Positions 8,937-19,494 of a stretch of 64,000 bases of DNA are shown here, piece by piece (the first letter of the stretch is position 1; every line of letters starts with the position of its first letter). The notes beneath the pieces were generated by a model that made no database searches, had not been told where the DNA came from, and worked only from the letters and a program-made list of their open reading frames with translations. The position numbers and the translations under genes were made by a program. Location: contig JAHRWD010000013.1 in assembly GCA_019090315.1 (NCBI GenBank), positions 60,585 to 124,584 on the forward strand, given 5' to 3'. This stretch comes from Pseudomonadales bacterium (GTDB taxonomy: Bacteria; Pseudomonadota; Gammaproteobacteria; Pseudomonadales; JAHRWD01).

Positions 8937-10002
8937 AAAAAAAAATACTGTTTTATGGTGGGGTCGATCAGACTCGCTGTACTCCCGAAATGGAATCATA
9001 CGACACCTTTTTTTAGAACTCGGCTGGCATATCATCGATTTCGCACCACGAATTAGTGAACTGGCCGGAATTGAGGCGACATTCAGGAATTTTCCTGAGG
9101 TCGATCTGGTATGGGTTCCCTGTTTCAGGCAGAAGGATTTAGCAGCAGCGGCTCGCTGGGCGAATAAAAAAAAGATAGCTCTGGTTTTTGATCCGCTAAT
9201 TAGCGCTTATGACAAACAGGTTTGGGAGCGGAAGAAGTTTTCTGAACAGAGTAGACAGGCTAGTAAATTGCTCGATTGGGAGCGGTCACTTTTTCTGTCG
9301 GCCAATCATGTGATAGCGGATACAAAACAGCATGCAGAATTCTATGCTGAGTCATTCGGAGTTAACCCAGAACAACTGCACGTATTACCTGTTAGCGCCG
9401 AAGAAAGCCTGTTTTTCCCTCGGCAAAGCGCACCAGAAAATGAACCATTAAAGGTACTATTTTATGGTAGCTTTATTGGCCTACAGGGTCCCGATGTTAT
9501 TGCAACGGCTATTCTTTTATATACCGGTCCAGAGGTAGAGTGGTACTTCATCGGTGATGGCCCGCTGCGCCAACAAACCGAAGAAAAACTCAGTGGCCTG
9601 AATAATGTTCATTTTTCTGACTGGCTTCCGTATGAACAACTGCCACAACGAATCTCTCAGGTAGATCTTTGCGTCGGAATTTTTGGTTCAACACAAAAAA
9701 CCCAGCGAGTTATTCCGAATAAGGTTTATCAGGCACTGGCATGTGCGCGACCTGTTATTACCTGTACATCTAACGCCTACCCCGAATCAACAAGGGATAT
9801 GCCCGATTCGGGTTTATTTTTCGTTCCTGCCAATGATCCTGAGGCACTAGCTCAACGGGTCAGCGAATTCGCTAAAAATCCTGAGTTGGTGAAAAATGCA
9901 GGTCAATATGCTTTAGCGAGCTACCAGAAATACTTTTCCAATAATGTGTTAAAGGGCAAATTGTCTTCCCTTCTTGAGTCTATTGAAACGTGCGGCGGAT
10001 GA
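8926..10002 (+). CDS. Glycosyltransferase family 4 (GT-B, GT1 clan)
   Basis: The C-terminal region (VLFYGSFIGLQGPDV...VIPNKVYQALACARPVIT) matches the Glycos_transf_1 pattern. The ATG at 8926 is preferred over the TTG at 8920. The gene overlaps the upstream gene's stop. Confidence 0.8.
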   Translation: MKSRKKNTVLWWGRSDSLYSRNGIIRHLFLELGWHIIDFAPRISELAGIEATFRNFPEVDLVWVPCFRQKDLAAAARWANKKKIALVFDPLISAYDKQVWERKKFSEQSRQASKLLDWERSLFLSANHVIADTKQHAEFYAESFGVNPEQLHVLPVSAEESLFFPRQSAPENEPLKVLFYGSFIGLQGPDVIATAILLYTGPEVEWYFIGDGPLRQQTEEKLSGLNNVHFSDWLPYEQLPQRISQVDLCVGIFGSTQKTQRVIPNKVYQALACARPVITCTSNAYPESTRDMPDSGLFFVPANDPEALAQRVSEFAKNPELVKNAGQYALASYQKYFSNNVLKGKLSSLLESIETCGG

Positions 10003-10155
10003 ATGCCTTGTAGCGCGACGGGCTGCAAATGATACTTTTATCGAGGGTCTGGAATTTATAGGCTTCGACAAGCAAAAGGGAATGAACTATTCTAGAATTG
10101 TTGTAACCCGATCCCGATAATTAACCGGCAGTGAAAATTTCATTTATCAATCGCG

Positions 10156-10518
10156 ATGACTACTAGACTACGAAAAACTATTCTAAGTTGTTTGCTGCTC
10201 TGTTTTGCATCACAAAGCCTGGCTGCACAAGATTTTGTGTTTCAGCTCCTCGGGTCTGCTCCAGATATGGTGACCTGTCATTCGAATGAGCCAGTGCTGT
10301 TCTCTGATAAAAATCAGCCGCATCAAAATAGCGCGCGTGTTCCAGTTCAATCGGATTGCTGCTCAACGGATTGTGATATGGGAAGTTGTTTTACCGCACT
10401 GTTTCCAACCTATAGTGCTTTCTATTCACCGCTGTTTCCAGTGCCGGAAACTACATACGTTGCACAACTACCCGACCAACAAGCCACCTCTCTTCTTCGT
10501 CCTCCGATTCGTATCTGA
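10156..10518 (+). CDS. Small secreted Cys-rich protein, possibly CzcI-like metal-efflux accessory
   Basis: A strong signal peptide (LLLCFASQSLA-AQ) and a Cys cluster (DCCSTDCDMGSC). It lies immediately upstream of cusCBA-like genes. I recognise no confident family. Confidence 0.5.
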   Translation: MTTRLRKTILSCLLLCFASQSLAAQDFVFQLLGSAPDMVTCHSNEPVLFSDKNQPHQNSARVPVQSDCCSTDCDMGSCFTALFPTYSAFYSPLFPVPETTYVAQLPDQQATSLLRPPIRI

Positions 10519-10664
10519 ATCAGCATAGTTACGTCTGAGCATCCGTGATTACCCGGGTGCAGCGTAACTTTTCACGCATCATTCATACCTAACAAAATTG
10601 TTGAAGCGGTTCGATCGGCGCTAATCACGCTGAGTTCTGACCGGTATTGTTTTCGGGATCAGCC

Positions 10665-11981
10665 ATGAAATTTTTTTCCATACCTGGAAAGGTAGCATGT
10701 AACCAATACTGCTTTTCCAGAAGCCTTCTATTATTGCTTTTTGTGGCCGGTAGCCTGCATGGCAGTGATCACACAGGCAGTGCCAGCTCAGCTGGATTAA
10801 CTGCAACTGAAGCCGTCGAAATTGCAACTCGTGATAACCCTGACCTGGCTGCAATGCAGGCGCGTTATAACGCTCTATCTCTCGTACCGTCACAGGCCGG
10901 CAGCTTGCCGGATCCGACGATAAACCTGAATGCGATGAACTTTCCCACCGATACCTTTAGTAGAAGTCAGGAGCCGATGACACAGCTTCAGATTGGCTTT
11001 AGCCAGACATTGCCTTTTCCGGGAAAACGGGGTTTGAGACAGCAGGCCACTGAATACGATGCGTTGGTAGCGGGTCATGGTGTTGCGGAGGGCAGCTTAC
11101 AGTTGATCAGGAACGTAAAATTAAAATGGTGGCAGCTGTATTATCTGGATCGCGCTCTCGATACCGTTGCTTATAGTAAGACTTTATTACGCCAGTTTAT
11201 TTCTGTGGCTAAAACCAAATATGAGGCTGGTCAGGGATTGCAGCAAGATCTGCTGCTATCCCAGCTTGAATTATCAAAACTGATGGATCGCGAAATTCAG
11301 TTACAGGCACTACGACGAAATCAGGTGATTCAGCTGAACCTTCTTATGGATCGCCCTGCAACGGATGAACTGGCCCTGCCAACTAAGGTATCAAGGCGGA
11401 TGCCGGATCTACTCGATGAGGATCAGCTTTATTTAAAGGCTGCCTCGATCAGGCCGCGACTAAAGCAGATGGAAACCAAAATTGATGCGGCACAATCCCG
11501 GCTCGATTTAGCAGAGCGGAATAGATATCCGGATTTTAAATTAGGGATGTACTACGGAGATCGCACCGGTGGCCGCGCGGATTTTGTGTCAGTCATGCTT
11601 GGTGTAAAAGTACCACTGTATTCTGGCTCAAAACAATCAACAGCGGTTTCGCAGAAAAATCTGGAGTTGATAAAAAATCGCCACAATTCGCGTAGTGAAA
11701 CCGGATTGGTAATGGCCTCGATCGCAACGGCGATTACCGATTATCAGCGTGCCAAACAGCAATTTTCATTGTTTGGTACCGGCATTGTGCCCCAGGCAAA
11801 ACAAACCGTGGCATCAATGTTGGTGGGTTATCAAGTGAGCGAAGTTGATTTTTTGAATCTGGTACGCAGCCAGATCACGCTATTTAACTATGAACTGCGA
11901 TATTGGAAAGCCCTGAGCGATGCCAGGATGGCATTAGCACGTCTCGAAGCTGCTGTCGGTGAGGAATCTATCTATGAATAA
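10665..11981 (+). CDS. cusC: TolC-family outer membrane efflux protein (CusC-like)
   Basis: About 440 aa, showing the two-repeat OEP pattern and heavy-metal RND operon context. The ATG at 10665 is in frame with the tracked TTG at 10647. Confidence 0.8.
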   Translation: MKFFSIPGKVACNQYCFSRSLLLLLFVAGSLHGSDHTGSASSAGLTATEAVEIATRDNPDLAAMQARYNALSLVPSQAGSLPDPTINLNAMNFPTDTFSRSQEPMTQLQIGFSQTLPFPGKRGLRQQATEYDALVAGHGVAEGSLQLIRNVKLKWWQLYYLDRALDTVAYSKTLLRQFISVAKTKYEAGQGLQQDLLLSQLELSKLMDREIQLQALRRNQVIQLNLLMDRPATDELALPTKVSRRMPDLLDEDQLYLKAASIRPRLKQMETKIDAAQSRLDLAERNRYPDFKLGMYYGDRTGGRADFVSVMLGVKVPLYSGSKQSTAVSQKNLELIKNRHNSRSETGLVMASIATAITDYQRAKQQFSLFGTGIVPQAKQTVASMLVGYQVSEVDFLNLVRSQITLFNYELRYWKALSDARMALARLEAAVGEESIYE

Positions 11982-13293
11982 AATGACTCTCATAATCGCC
12001 ACGCTAATGTTGGCCATTGGTATTGGCGTGGGTATAAGCACAAATTATTGGTTTTCTGATAATAGAAAATCAGACGTGCTAATAACTGAGCAGGAAAGAA
12101 AACCATTATTTTATCGCAGTCCGATGAATCCGGAAATAACTTCGCCAGTACCGGCAAAAGGGCCGATGGGTATGGATTATCTGCCTGTATATGCCGATAC
12201 CGATGACCAGAAAAGTGAAGTGCTGGGTACGGTAAAAATTGATCCGGTGGTGATGCAAAATATTGGAGTGCGAACTGCAATTGCAGAAAAAATATCTATC
12301 AGCCGAACCATTCGTGCTCTTGGACGTGTGGGTTTTAATGAAGAAACTATGACACGTTTGCATCCAAAAATTGAAGGCTGGATTGAGGAGATGTGGATTA
12401 ATAAAACTGGCCAGAATGTCGTTGAAAACGATATGTTGCTGAGCCTCTATTCTCCAAAGCTTTTGTCTACCCAGCAGGAATATTTATTGGCGCTGAATAA
12501 TTTGGCGGTTTTAAAGGAAAGTCCATTTGATGAAATACGGCAGGGTGCTGAGGATCTGGTCAGCAGTTCCCGTGAGCGACTGGTGTTGCTGGATGTTCCG
12601 GCGCATCAGATTAAAGAATTGGAAGTAACCCGGAAAATAAAAAAATATCTGCATATACATGCGCCAAGGGCGGGAACAGTTATTCGCATCGGTTCGCGTC
12701 AGGGTCAATTTGTAACACCAAAAACCGAACTCTATATGATGGTGAATCTGGATCAGGTATGGGTTTATGCGGATGTGTATGAATTCGAATTGCCCTGGGT
12801 GAAGGTTGGTGATGAGGTAGAGATGACCCTGGCATCGGTGCCGGGAAAAACCTTTTCGGGTTCGCTGGCATATATCTATCCTTACGCTGAATCAAAAACA
12901 CGCACTACAAAAGTACGTTTAAATTTTGATAATCGTGAACGTTTGTTACGTCCCGATATGTTTGCGGAGGTTAGTATTCAATCCGGCACCGTGGAAAACA
13001 GCGTAGTAATTCCTGCGGAAGCAGTGATCCGTTCGGGCAAAAAACCTCAGGTTTTTATTGTTCGCGAATCAGGAAAATTTGAGCCTAGGCTTGTAACGCT
13101 AGGTCTAGAATCCGATGGCAAGGTAGCGGTACTGGAAGGTCTCCAGGCCGGTGATGAAGTGGTGGTTTCGTCACAATTCCTGGTGGATTCTGAATCCAAA
13201 TTACGCGAAGCAGTATCCAAAATGATGGAGCCGACAAAGCAGACATCAGAAATACTCGATGGCGCTGATGAAGGAGACCATGGAGATGATTAA
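11974..13293 (+). CDS. cusB: Heavy-metal efflux RND periplasmic adaptor (CusB-like)
   Basis: An N-terminal TM anchor and HlyD/MFP barrel-sandwich and beta-barrel regions. The early motif MGMDYLPVYAD is typical of CusB. The gene overlaps the cusC stop. Confidence 0.85.
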   Translation: MNKMTLIIATLMLAIGIGVGISTNYWFSDNRKSDVLITEQERKPLFYRSPMNPEITSPVPAKGPMGMDYLPVYADTDDQKSEVLGTVKIDPVVMQNIGVRTAIAEKISISRTIRALGRVGFNEETMTRLHPKIEGWIEEMWINKTGQNVVENDMLLSLYSPKLLSTQQEYLLALNNLAVLKESPFDEIRQGAEDLVSSSRERLVLLDVPAHQIKELEVTRKIKKYLHIHAPRAGTVIRIGSRQGQFVTPKTELYMMVNLDQVWVYADVYEFELPWVKVGDEVEMTLASVPGKTFSGSLAYIYPYAESKTRTTKVRLNFDNRERLLRPDMFAEVSIQSGTVENSVVIPAEAVIRSGKKPQVFIVRESGKFEPRLVTLGLESDGKVAVLEGLQAGDEVVVSSQFLVDSESKLREAVSKMMEPTKQTSEILDGADEGDHGDD

Positions 13294-16200
13294 CACCATA
13301 ATCAGCGCCGCCCTGCGGGATCGATTTATGGTGTTGCTGGCGACCTTGATCATCGCTCTAGTGGGTTTATTCGCCTATCAAAATACACATCTGGATGCGA
13401 TCCCCGACCTCTCCGACGTTCAGGTTATTGTCTTCACAAAGGTTCCCGGCCAGTCACCTCAGGTGGTGGAGGATCAAGTCACCTATCCATTAACCACCTC
13501 AATGTTAGCGGTACCAAAAACCAAAGTGGTGCGGGGTTATTCCTTCTTTGGTATGTCGTTTGTGTACGTGATTTTTGAAGATGGCACCGATATGTACTGG
13601 GCCAGATCACGAGTACTGGAGTCATTGAATTATGTCAGTGGCCGTTTGCCCCAGGGTGTGACGCCAACCCTTGGGCCGGATGCCACCGGAGTCGGCTGGA
13701 TCTACGAATACGCGCTGGTGGATAAAACCGGCAACCACGATCTAGCGCAGCTGCGCTCGATACAGGATTGGTATCTGCGTTATCCATTGCAGACCGTGAA
13801 AGGCGTAGCCGAGGTCGCTTCGGTGGGTGGCTACGTGAAGCAGTATCAGGTTGAGGTCGATCCCAACGCGCTGTTGCGCTACAACATCCCGCTGAACAAA
13901 ATCAAAATGGCGATCAAGAACTCCAATAAGGATGTTGGTGGCCGATTGATCGAAATGGCGGAAACCGAATTTATGGTACGGGGGCTGGGTTATATCCAGT
14001 CGATTGCTGATCTCAATAGCATTCCCGTCAGTGTCGGTTCCGACGGTGTACCGATACGGCTGAAGGATGTTGCCAATGTTCATCTTGGTCCCGAGCTGCG
14101 CCGTGGACTTGTTGATCTGAACGGCGAAGGAGAAGTGGCGGGTGGTGTGGTGATCATGCGTTTTGGCGAAAATGCCCTGGCCACCATCGAGGCAGTACGC
14201 GAAAAACTCGACGAACTGAAAAGCGGCTTGCCTGAAGGTGTCGAGATTATTCCGGTCTACGATCGGGGTGACCTGATCGAACGGGCGGTGAAAAGTCTTA
14301 ATACTTCATTACTACAGGAACTGATCATCGTCAGTCTGGTGGTGATTCTATTTTTACTGCATGCGCGTTCCGCATTTGTCGCTATTATCACCCTGCCGTT
14401 GGGAATACTGATGGCCTTTATCGTTATGCGTTTTCAGGGTTTGAACGCCAACATTATGTCCCTTGGTGGTATAGCAATCACCATCGGCGCGATGGTTGAT
14501 GGCGCGATTGTAACGGTCGAAAACGCCCACAGTTGGCTGGCTAAAGCCCGTGAAGAGAAGGGTCGTGAGCTGACTCGAGACGAGCATTGGCAAGTCATTG
14601 GCGAATCTTGTCGACAAGTCGGTCCGGCGCTATTTTTTTCGCTGATGGTGATCACCGTATCGTTCCTGCCGATTTTCACCATGCAGGCTCAGGAAGGGCG
14701 CATGTTCAGTCCGCTGGCCTTCACCGCCACCTACGCAATGGCCGCCTCTGCTATTTTGGCGATCACTTTGGTGCCGGTTTTGATGGGATATTTGTTACGC
14801 GGAAAAATCGTCGCCGAACATAAAAACCCCGCAAATCGCCTGCTGCACGCACTACATGGCCCACTATTACGAGCAGCGATGAAATGGCGCGGTCTTACCC
14901 TGGTGTTAGCGCTGGGCCTGTTGGCGGCTACTTATTATCCCTACTCAAAACTGGGCAGCGAGTTTATGCCGCCGCTGGATGAGGGAGACATTTTATATAT
15001 GCCCACTACATTCCCCGGCATTTCCATCACCAAAGCCAAAGAGTTGCTTCAGCAGACCGACAAAATTTTGGTGACCTTTCCCGAGGTGTTGAGCGTATTC
15101 GGCAAGGTTGGCCGTGCGGAAACCGCAACAGATTCGGCACCTTTGGCAATGCTGGAAACAACGGTTCGATTAAAGCCGAAGGATCAATGGCCTGACCCGG
15201 ATAAGACCACCAGGCAGCTGATGGCGGAAATGGATCAGGCAATACAATTTCCAGGCCTTGCCAACGCCTGGACCATGCCGATCAAAACCCGCATCGATAT
15301 GTTGTCGACCGGTATCAAAACACCTGTCGGTATTAAAGTGTCGGGACCTGATCTGAATGTACTGCAAACCGTGGCGCAGCAGATCGAGCAGATCATCAAA
15401 ACAATGCCCGAAACCACCTCCGCCTTTGCGGACCGAGCGGTGGGTGGTTACTACCTGGATTTTGATATCGATCGTGAAAGGGCTGCCCGGTATGGCCTCA
15501 CCGTCGGTGCGGTACAGGATGTGCTGCAAAGTGCCGTTGGCGGTATGAATATCACCGAAACCGTAGAAGGGTTGGAGCGTTACCCGGTCAACCTGCGTTA
15601 TCCACGGGCGTTACGTGGTGATTTAGAAGCGCTGAAACGGGTGTTGATTCCCACCCCAACTGGTGCCCAAATTCCCCTTACGATGGTGGCAGATATTCGC
15701 TACACACGCGGCCCACCGGTAATCAAAAGTGAAAATGCGCGCCCCAATGCCTGGGTTTATGTAGATATTGAAGGTAGCGATATCGGTGGGTTTGTAGCAA
15801 AGGCAAAAAAATTGCTTGATCAGCAACTCAACGTACCGGTGGGTTATACCATTACCTGGTCGGGCCAATTTGAGTATATGGAGCGGGCCGCAGCGCGTTT
15901 GAATATTGTTGTACCGGTAACCCTGTTATTGATATTTCTACTGCTCTATTTCAATTTTCGTAACATCACGGAACCGCTGGTGGTGATGATGTCGATCCCG
16001 TTCGGGCTAGTGGGAGGTATCTGGCTGGTCTATCTCAATGACTACAACATGTCCGTTGCTGTGGCAGTAGGGTTTATTGCGTTGGCGGGAATGGCCGCGG
16101 AAATCGGCGTACTGGTACTAAGTTTTATTGATTCCGAAATAACCGAACGGCGTGCCGCAACCAGTCGTAACCTGTCCCTTGATGAAGTGAAACAGGCGGT

Positions 16201-16453
16201 ATTGTCCGCCACCTCAAAACGGGTACGGCCCATCGCTATGACCGCCATTTCAACCATGGCCGGATTGATCCCCATTATGCTCAGTGACGGAACCGGATCC
16301 GACGTTACCCACCGTATTGCCGCGCCAATGCTGGGCGGCATGTTGACCGTGATGGTGCTCAATTTGTTGGTACTGCCGGTGGTGTATAGTTTTGTTTTGC
16401 AGCATCGAGAGAGGTCGACTGAAGTCAAAGGGCCAGCCGTTGGGATGGATTAA
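13280..16453 (+). CDS. cusA: Heavy-metal efflux RND permease (CusA/CzcA, HME family)
   Basis: About 1055 aa with 12-TM RND architecture and strong CusA-like blocks (VEDQVTYPL, GGYVKQYQV, AITIGAMVDGAIV). The start is ambiguous between ATG 13280 and ATG 13286, following an AAGGAG. Confidence 0.9.
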   Translation: MEMINTIISAALRDRFMVLLATLIIALVGLFAYQNTHLDAIPDLSDVQVIVFTKVPGQSPQVVEDQVTYPLTTSMLAVPKTKVVRGYSFFGMSFVYVIFEDGTDMYWARSRVLESLNYVSGRLPQGVTPTLGPDATGVGWIYEYALVDKTGNHDLAQLRSIQDWYLRYPLQTVKGVAEVASVGGYVKQYQVEVDPNALLRYNIPLNKIKMAIKNSNKDVGGRLIEMAETEFMVRGLGYIQSIADLNSIPVSVGSDGVPIRLKDVANVHLGPELRRGLVDLNGEGEVAGGVVIMRFGENALATIEAVREKLDELKSGLPEGVEIIPVYDRGDLIERAVKSLNTSLLQELIIVSLVVILFLLHARSAFVAIITLPLGILMAFIVMRFQGLNANIMSLGGIAITIGAMVDGAIVTVENAHSWLAKAREEKGRELTRDEHWQVIGESCRQVGPALFFSLMVITVSFLPIFTMQAQEGRMFSPLAFTATYAMAASAILAITLVPVLMGYLLRGKIVAEHKNPANRLLHALHGPLLRAAMKWRGLTLVLALGLLAATYYPYSKLGSEFMPPLDEGDILYMPTTFPGISITKAKELLQQTDKILVTFPEVLSVFGKVGRAETATDSAPLAMLETTVRLKPKDQWPDPDKTTRQLMAEMDQAIQFPGLANAWTMPIKTRIDMLSTGIKTPVGIKVSGPDLNVLQTVAQQIEQIIKTMPETTSAFADRAVGGYYLDFDIDRERAARYGLTVGAVQDVLQSAVGGMNITETVEGLERYPVNLRYPRALRGDLEALKRVLIPTPTGAQIPLTMVADIRYTRGPPVIKSENARPNAWVYVDIEGSDIGGFVAKAKKLLDQQLNVPVGYTITWSGQFEYMERAAARLNIVVPVTLLLIFLLLYFNFRNITEPLVVMMSIPFGLVGGIWLVYLNDYNMSVAVAVGFIALAGMAAEIGVLVLSFIDSEITERRAATSRNLSLDEVKQAVLSATSKRVRPIAMTAISTMAGLIPIMLSDGTGSDVTHRIAAPMLGGMLTVMVLNLLVLPVVYSFVLQHRERSTEVKGPAVGMD

Positions 16454-16539
16454 GTTTTGATATTTGAAGAATGTAAATGCTTGCGAGTGGTCTATATTTA
16501 GTTTAAATTTGGGTCGTTTAAGCTATGGAGAGAATCACT

Positions 16540-16815
16540 ATGAATTTAGCAAAAAATACTAAACCGATCAGTTACCTAAAGGCTAACGCAGCAAAGGTAG
16601 CTGAAATGGTGAAAGAGACACATCAGCCCATGATGATCACCCAAAATGGGGAGGCGTCAATGGTGGTCATGTCCGTAATTGATTATGAAAAATCCCAGGA
16701 AACCCTGGCATTGCTGAAAATGCTTTCACAAAGCCATAAGGATATTCAAGACAAAAATACGGTATCTGCTAAGAAGGCCTTTAAAGAACTACGTTCAAAG
16801 CGCGGCTTAAAATAG
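16540..16815 (+). CDS. Phd/YefM-family antitoxin
   Basis: A small protein (PISYLKANAAKVAEMVKETHQPMMITQNGEASMVVMSVIDYE) with the typical YefM fold signature. Its stop overlaps the toxin's GTG start by 1 nt. Confidence 0.8.
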   Translation: MNLAKNTKPISYLKANAAKVAEMVKETHQPMMITQNGEASMVVMSVIDYEKSQETLALLKMLSQSHKDIQDKNTVSAKKAFKELRSKRGLK

Positions 16816-17138
16816 TGCCATTAAAAGTCGAGTTATCTCGATCTGCACTGAATGATTTGTTTGAAATTGACGATTATTATTTCCAACAAGTTAACGATAA
16901 CATTGCGTCAAACATTATCGATGAGCTGGAAGCCGCAGTTCTTAGTTTGGCGGAGTTTCCTGAAAAAGGACATGCGCCACGAGAGCTAATTGATATAGGT
17001 ATGCCAGAAATAAAGGAACTGATTTCGTCCAACTATCGGATTATTTACGAAGTCGTTAACAAAATAGTATATGTCCACGCCATTCTGGATTCCAGGAGGG
17101 ATGTACAAACGTTGCTGCAGAAACGGCTTCTGAAATAG
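16815..17138 (+). CDS. ParE/RelE-family toxin
   Basis: A 107-aa protein with the C-terminal pattern YRIIYEVVNKIVYVHAILDSRRD, typical of ParE/RelE toxins. It is coupled to the upstream antitoxin. Confidence 0.75.
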   Translation: MPLKVELSRSALNDLFEIDDYYFQQVNDNIASNIIDELEAAVLSLAEFPEKGHAPRELIDIGMPEIKELISSNYRIIYEVVNKIVYVHAILDSRRDVQTLLQKRLLK

Positions 17139-17218
17139 CGTTAAGTGGGAAAATAATGAAGATAGAACTAATGACCAAATATCGATGGCTGCATCAGTCT
17201 TGAATAGTGAGGAATTCC

Positions 17219-17749
17219 ATGACGCTAAAAAATAGCTTCGAGCTGCTGGCTGAATACAATCATTGGATCAACATGCAGTTTTATCAAGCCGCAGCGCAGC
17301 TTACCCAGCAGCAGCTTGATAAGGAACAGGGAGCCTATTTTGGATCAATCAGCGGTACGCTCAACCATATTCTGGTTGGAGATATTATCTGGTTAAAACG
17401 GTTTTCTGTTCACCCGGCCAACTTCATCGCTTTGCAGGGGTTACAGGATTTTGAAACCCCCGCTTCACTGGATCAGCGGCTTTATGACAATTTCGTAGAT
17501 ATGCGAGAAGCCCGACGGTGTATAGATCAGATAATTTTGTCTTTCTGTAGTGAATTGAACGAAACAGATCTTGAGCATCGGCTCAGTTACAACAACTCGA
17601 AGGGCCTGCCTTTCCATAAAAATTTTGGTTCACTGTTGCAGCACTTTTTTAATCACCAGGCCCATCACAGAGGGCAGGTATCAACTTTGTTATATCAGCA
17701 GGGAGTCGATGTTGGAGTGACAGACCTGCTGATGAAAATTTCTGATTGA
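17219..17749 (+). CDS. DinB-family (damage-inducible) four-helix-bundle protein
   Basis: The DinB_2-like pattern is present (NHILVGDIIWL ... HFFNHQAHHRGQVSTLL). Confidence 0.8.
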   Translation: MTLKNSFELLAEYNHWINMQFYQAAAQLTQQQLDKEQGAYFGSISGTLNHILVGDIIWLKRFSVHPANFIALQGLQDFETPASLDQRLYDNFVDMREARRCIDQIILSFCSELNETDLEHRLSYNNSKGLPFHKNFGSLLQHFFNHQAHHRGQVSTLLYQQGVDVGVTDLLMKISD

Positions 17750-17822
17750 GATCGACTTGCGTTGAAGCTGAATTTCAGCGAAATTGGTTCAATTTCTATC
17801 GGATAAAAAGGAGCAGTCGAAA

Positions 17823-19370
17823 ATGAATGGTGCAGAAAGCATGTTACAAACGCTGATCAATAATGGCGTTGAGGTTTGTTTTGCCAACCCTGGTACCTCG
17901 GAGATGCACATGGTCGCAGCAATGGGAAAAAGTGACGAGGTGCGTTCGGTGCTGTGTTTGTTTGAGGGAGTATGCAGTGGTGCGGCGGATGGCTACGGCA
18001 GAATGGCGGGTAAACCGGCCAGCACTTTGCTGCACCTTGGGCCGGGCCTTTCAAACGCTTCTGCCAATTTACACAACGCCAAAAAGGCCGGCTCGCCGGT
18101 GATCAATTTGGTGGGAGATCACGCCACTTACCACAAACAATATAACGCGCCTTTGACCTCTGATATTCTCAGTTTGGCGAAACCGGTTTCCGATTGGCTA
18201 CAAGTTGCTGCTTCGGCGGCTGAACTCCCCAGTTCCGCGGCGGATGCTGTGTATGCGGCGAATACCAAACCTGGGCAGGTTGCGACACTTATTGTACCCG
18301 CTGATGCGGCGTGGGATTCGTCGACCAATCCGGTTGAAGTCCAGCCCCGTCCAGCAATACCCCAGGTAACGAATCAGGCGGTTACAGAAGCGGTACAGCT
18401 ACTTACTAACTCTGAACCCAGTATCCTGTTTTTGGGCAATATGGCCCTGACCGAACGCGCGTTGGAACTGGCAGATCAAATTGTTCAGGCAACCGGTGCA
18501 AAATTATTGTCCGATACGTTTATTCCACGACTGGCTCGTGGCGAGGGCCGGTGTTCGATAGAACGGCTTGGCTATTTTGCAGAGCAAGCAGAGGAACAGG
18601 TTGCTGGTATTAAACAGTGGGTCATGGTGGGTACTAAAGCACCGGTCGCCTTTTTTGCCTACCCGGGAAAAGCCAGTGAGCTATATCCAGAAAACAGTAC
18701 GCTGCACACCTTGGCGCAGGTGAACGAAGATGCTGAAAATGCACTTCAAAAGCTGGTTGATGAGTTGGATGCCAACACTTTCGCGCCGCGCATGAATGTT
18801 AAAAATATACCTGAGCCGGGTGCAGGTGAACTCGATCCAGTGAGCCTTGCTAATAGTTTCGCTCACTACCTTCCCAGGGATGCGATTGTAGTAGATGAAG
18901 GCGCTACCGCCGGTGGCTTATGCGCGCCATTTTCTGAGTCCGCAGAACGTCATGACTGGTTGGGGCTAACCGGCGGCTCAATTGGTTATGGTTTGCCCGC
19001 CGCCATCGGTGCTGCAATCGCCTGTCCGGACCGAAAAGTAGTTTGTATTCATGGTGACGGCGGCGCGATGTATACCATCCAGTCGCTCTGGACAATGGCG
19101 CGGGAACAGCTCGATATCTGCGTGATTATTCTGGCCAATCGCAAATACCAGATTTTACAGATCGAATTGTCCCGGGTGGGTGCGGAATCGGTGAATGAAA
19201 AAACTTTAGAGATGATGGATCTCGGCAATCCCGATATTGATTTTGTGCAGATCGCGCTGGGAATGGGAGTGCAGGCCACGCGTGCGGAAACTGCTGAGCA
19301 GTTTAATCAACTGTATGGAGATGCCATGGAAGGAACAGGGCCATACTTGATTGAGGCGGCAATGCCTTAG
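17823..19370 (+). CDS. Thiamine-pyrophosphate-dependent enzyme, acetolactate-synthase-like
   Basis: The N-terminal TPP-pyrimidine domain (GVEVCFANPGTSEMH) and the C-terminal TPP-binding motif (GDGGAMYTIQSLWT) are present. The ATG at 17823 follows an AGGAG. Confidence 0.85.
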   Translation: MNGAESMLQTLINNGVEVCFANPGTSEMHMVAAMGKSDEVRSVLCLFEGVCSGAADGYGRMAGKPASTLLHLGPGLSNASANLHNAKKAGSPVINLVGDHATYHKQYNAPLTSDILSLAKPVSDWLQVAASAAELPSSAADAVYAANTKPGQVATLIVPADAAWDSSTNPVEVQPRPAIPQVTNQAVTEAVQLLTNSEPSILFLGNMALTERALELADQIVQATGAKLLSDTFIPRLARGEGRCSIERLGYFAEQAEEQVAGIKQWVMVGTKAPVAFFAYPGKASELYPENSTLHTLAQVNEDAENALQKLVDELDANTFAPRMNVKNIPEPGAGELDPVSLANSFAHYLPRDAIVVDEGATAGGLCAPFSESAERHDWLGLTGGSIGYGLPAAIGAAIACPDRKVVCIHGDGGAMYTIQSLWTMAREQLDICVIILANRKYQILQIELSRVGAESVNEKTLEMMDLGNPDIDFVQIALGMGVQATRAETAEQFNQLYGDAMEGTGPYLIEAAMP

Positions 19371-19494
19371 CAACTACAAAGCGAATGACTTTCAGACCAA
19401 CCATCGATTCGGCTCTACAACCTCCTCTTTCTAGCGTCCTCAAACAGCGCCAAATTTTGATTTGGCGTAAATTCACCTGGCGGCAATTTACCAA

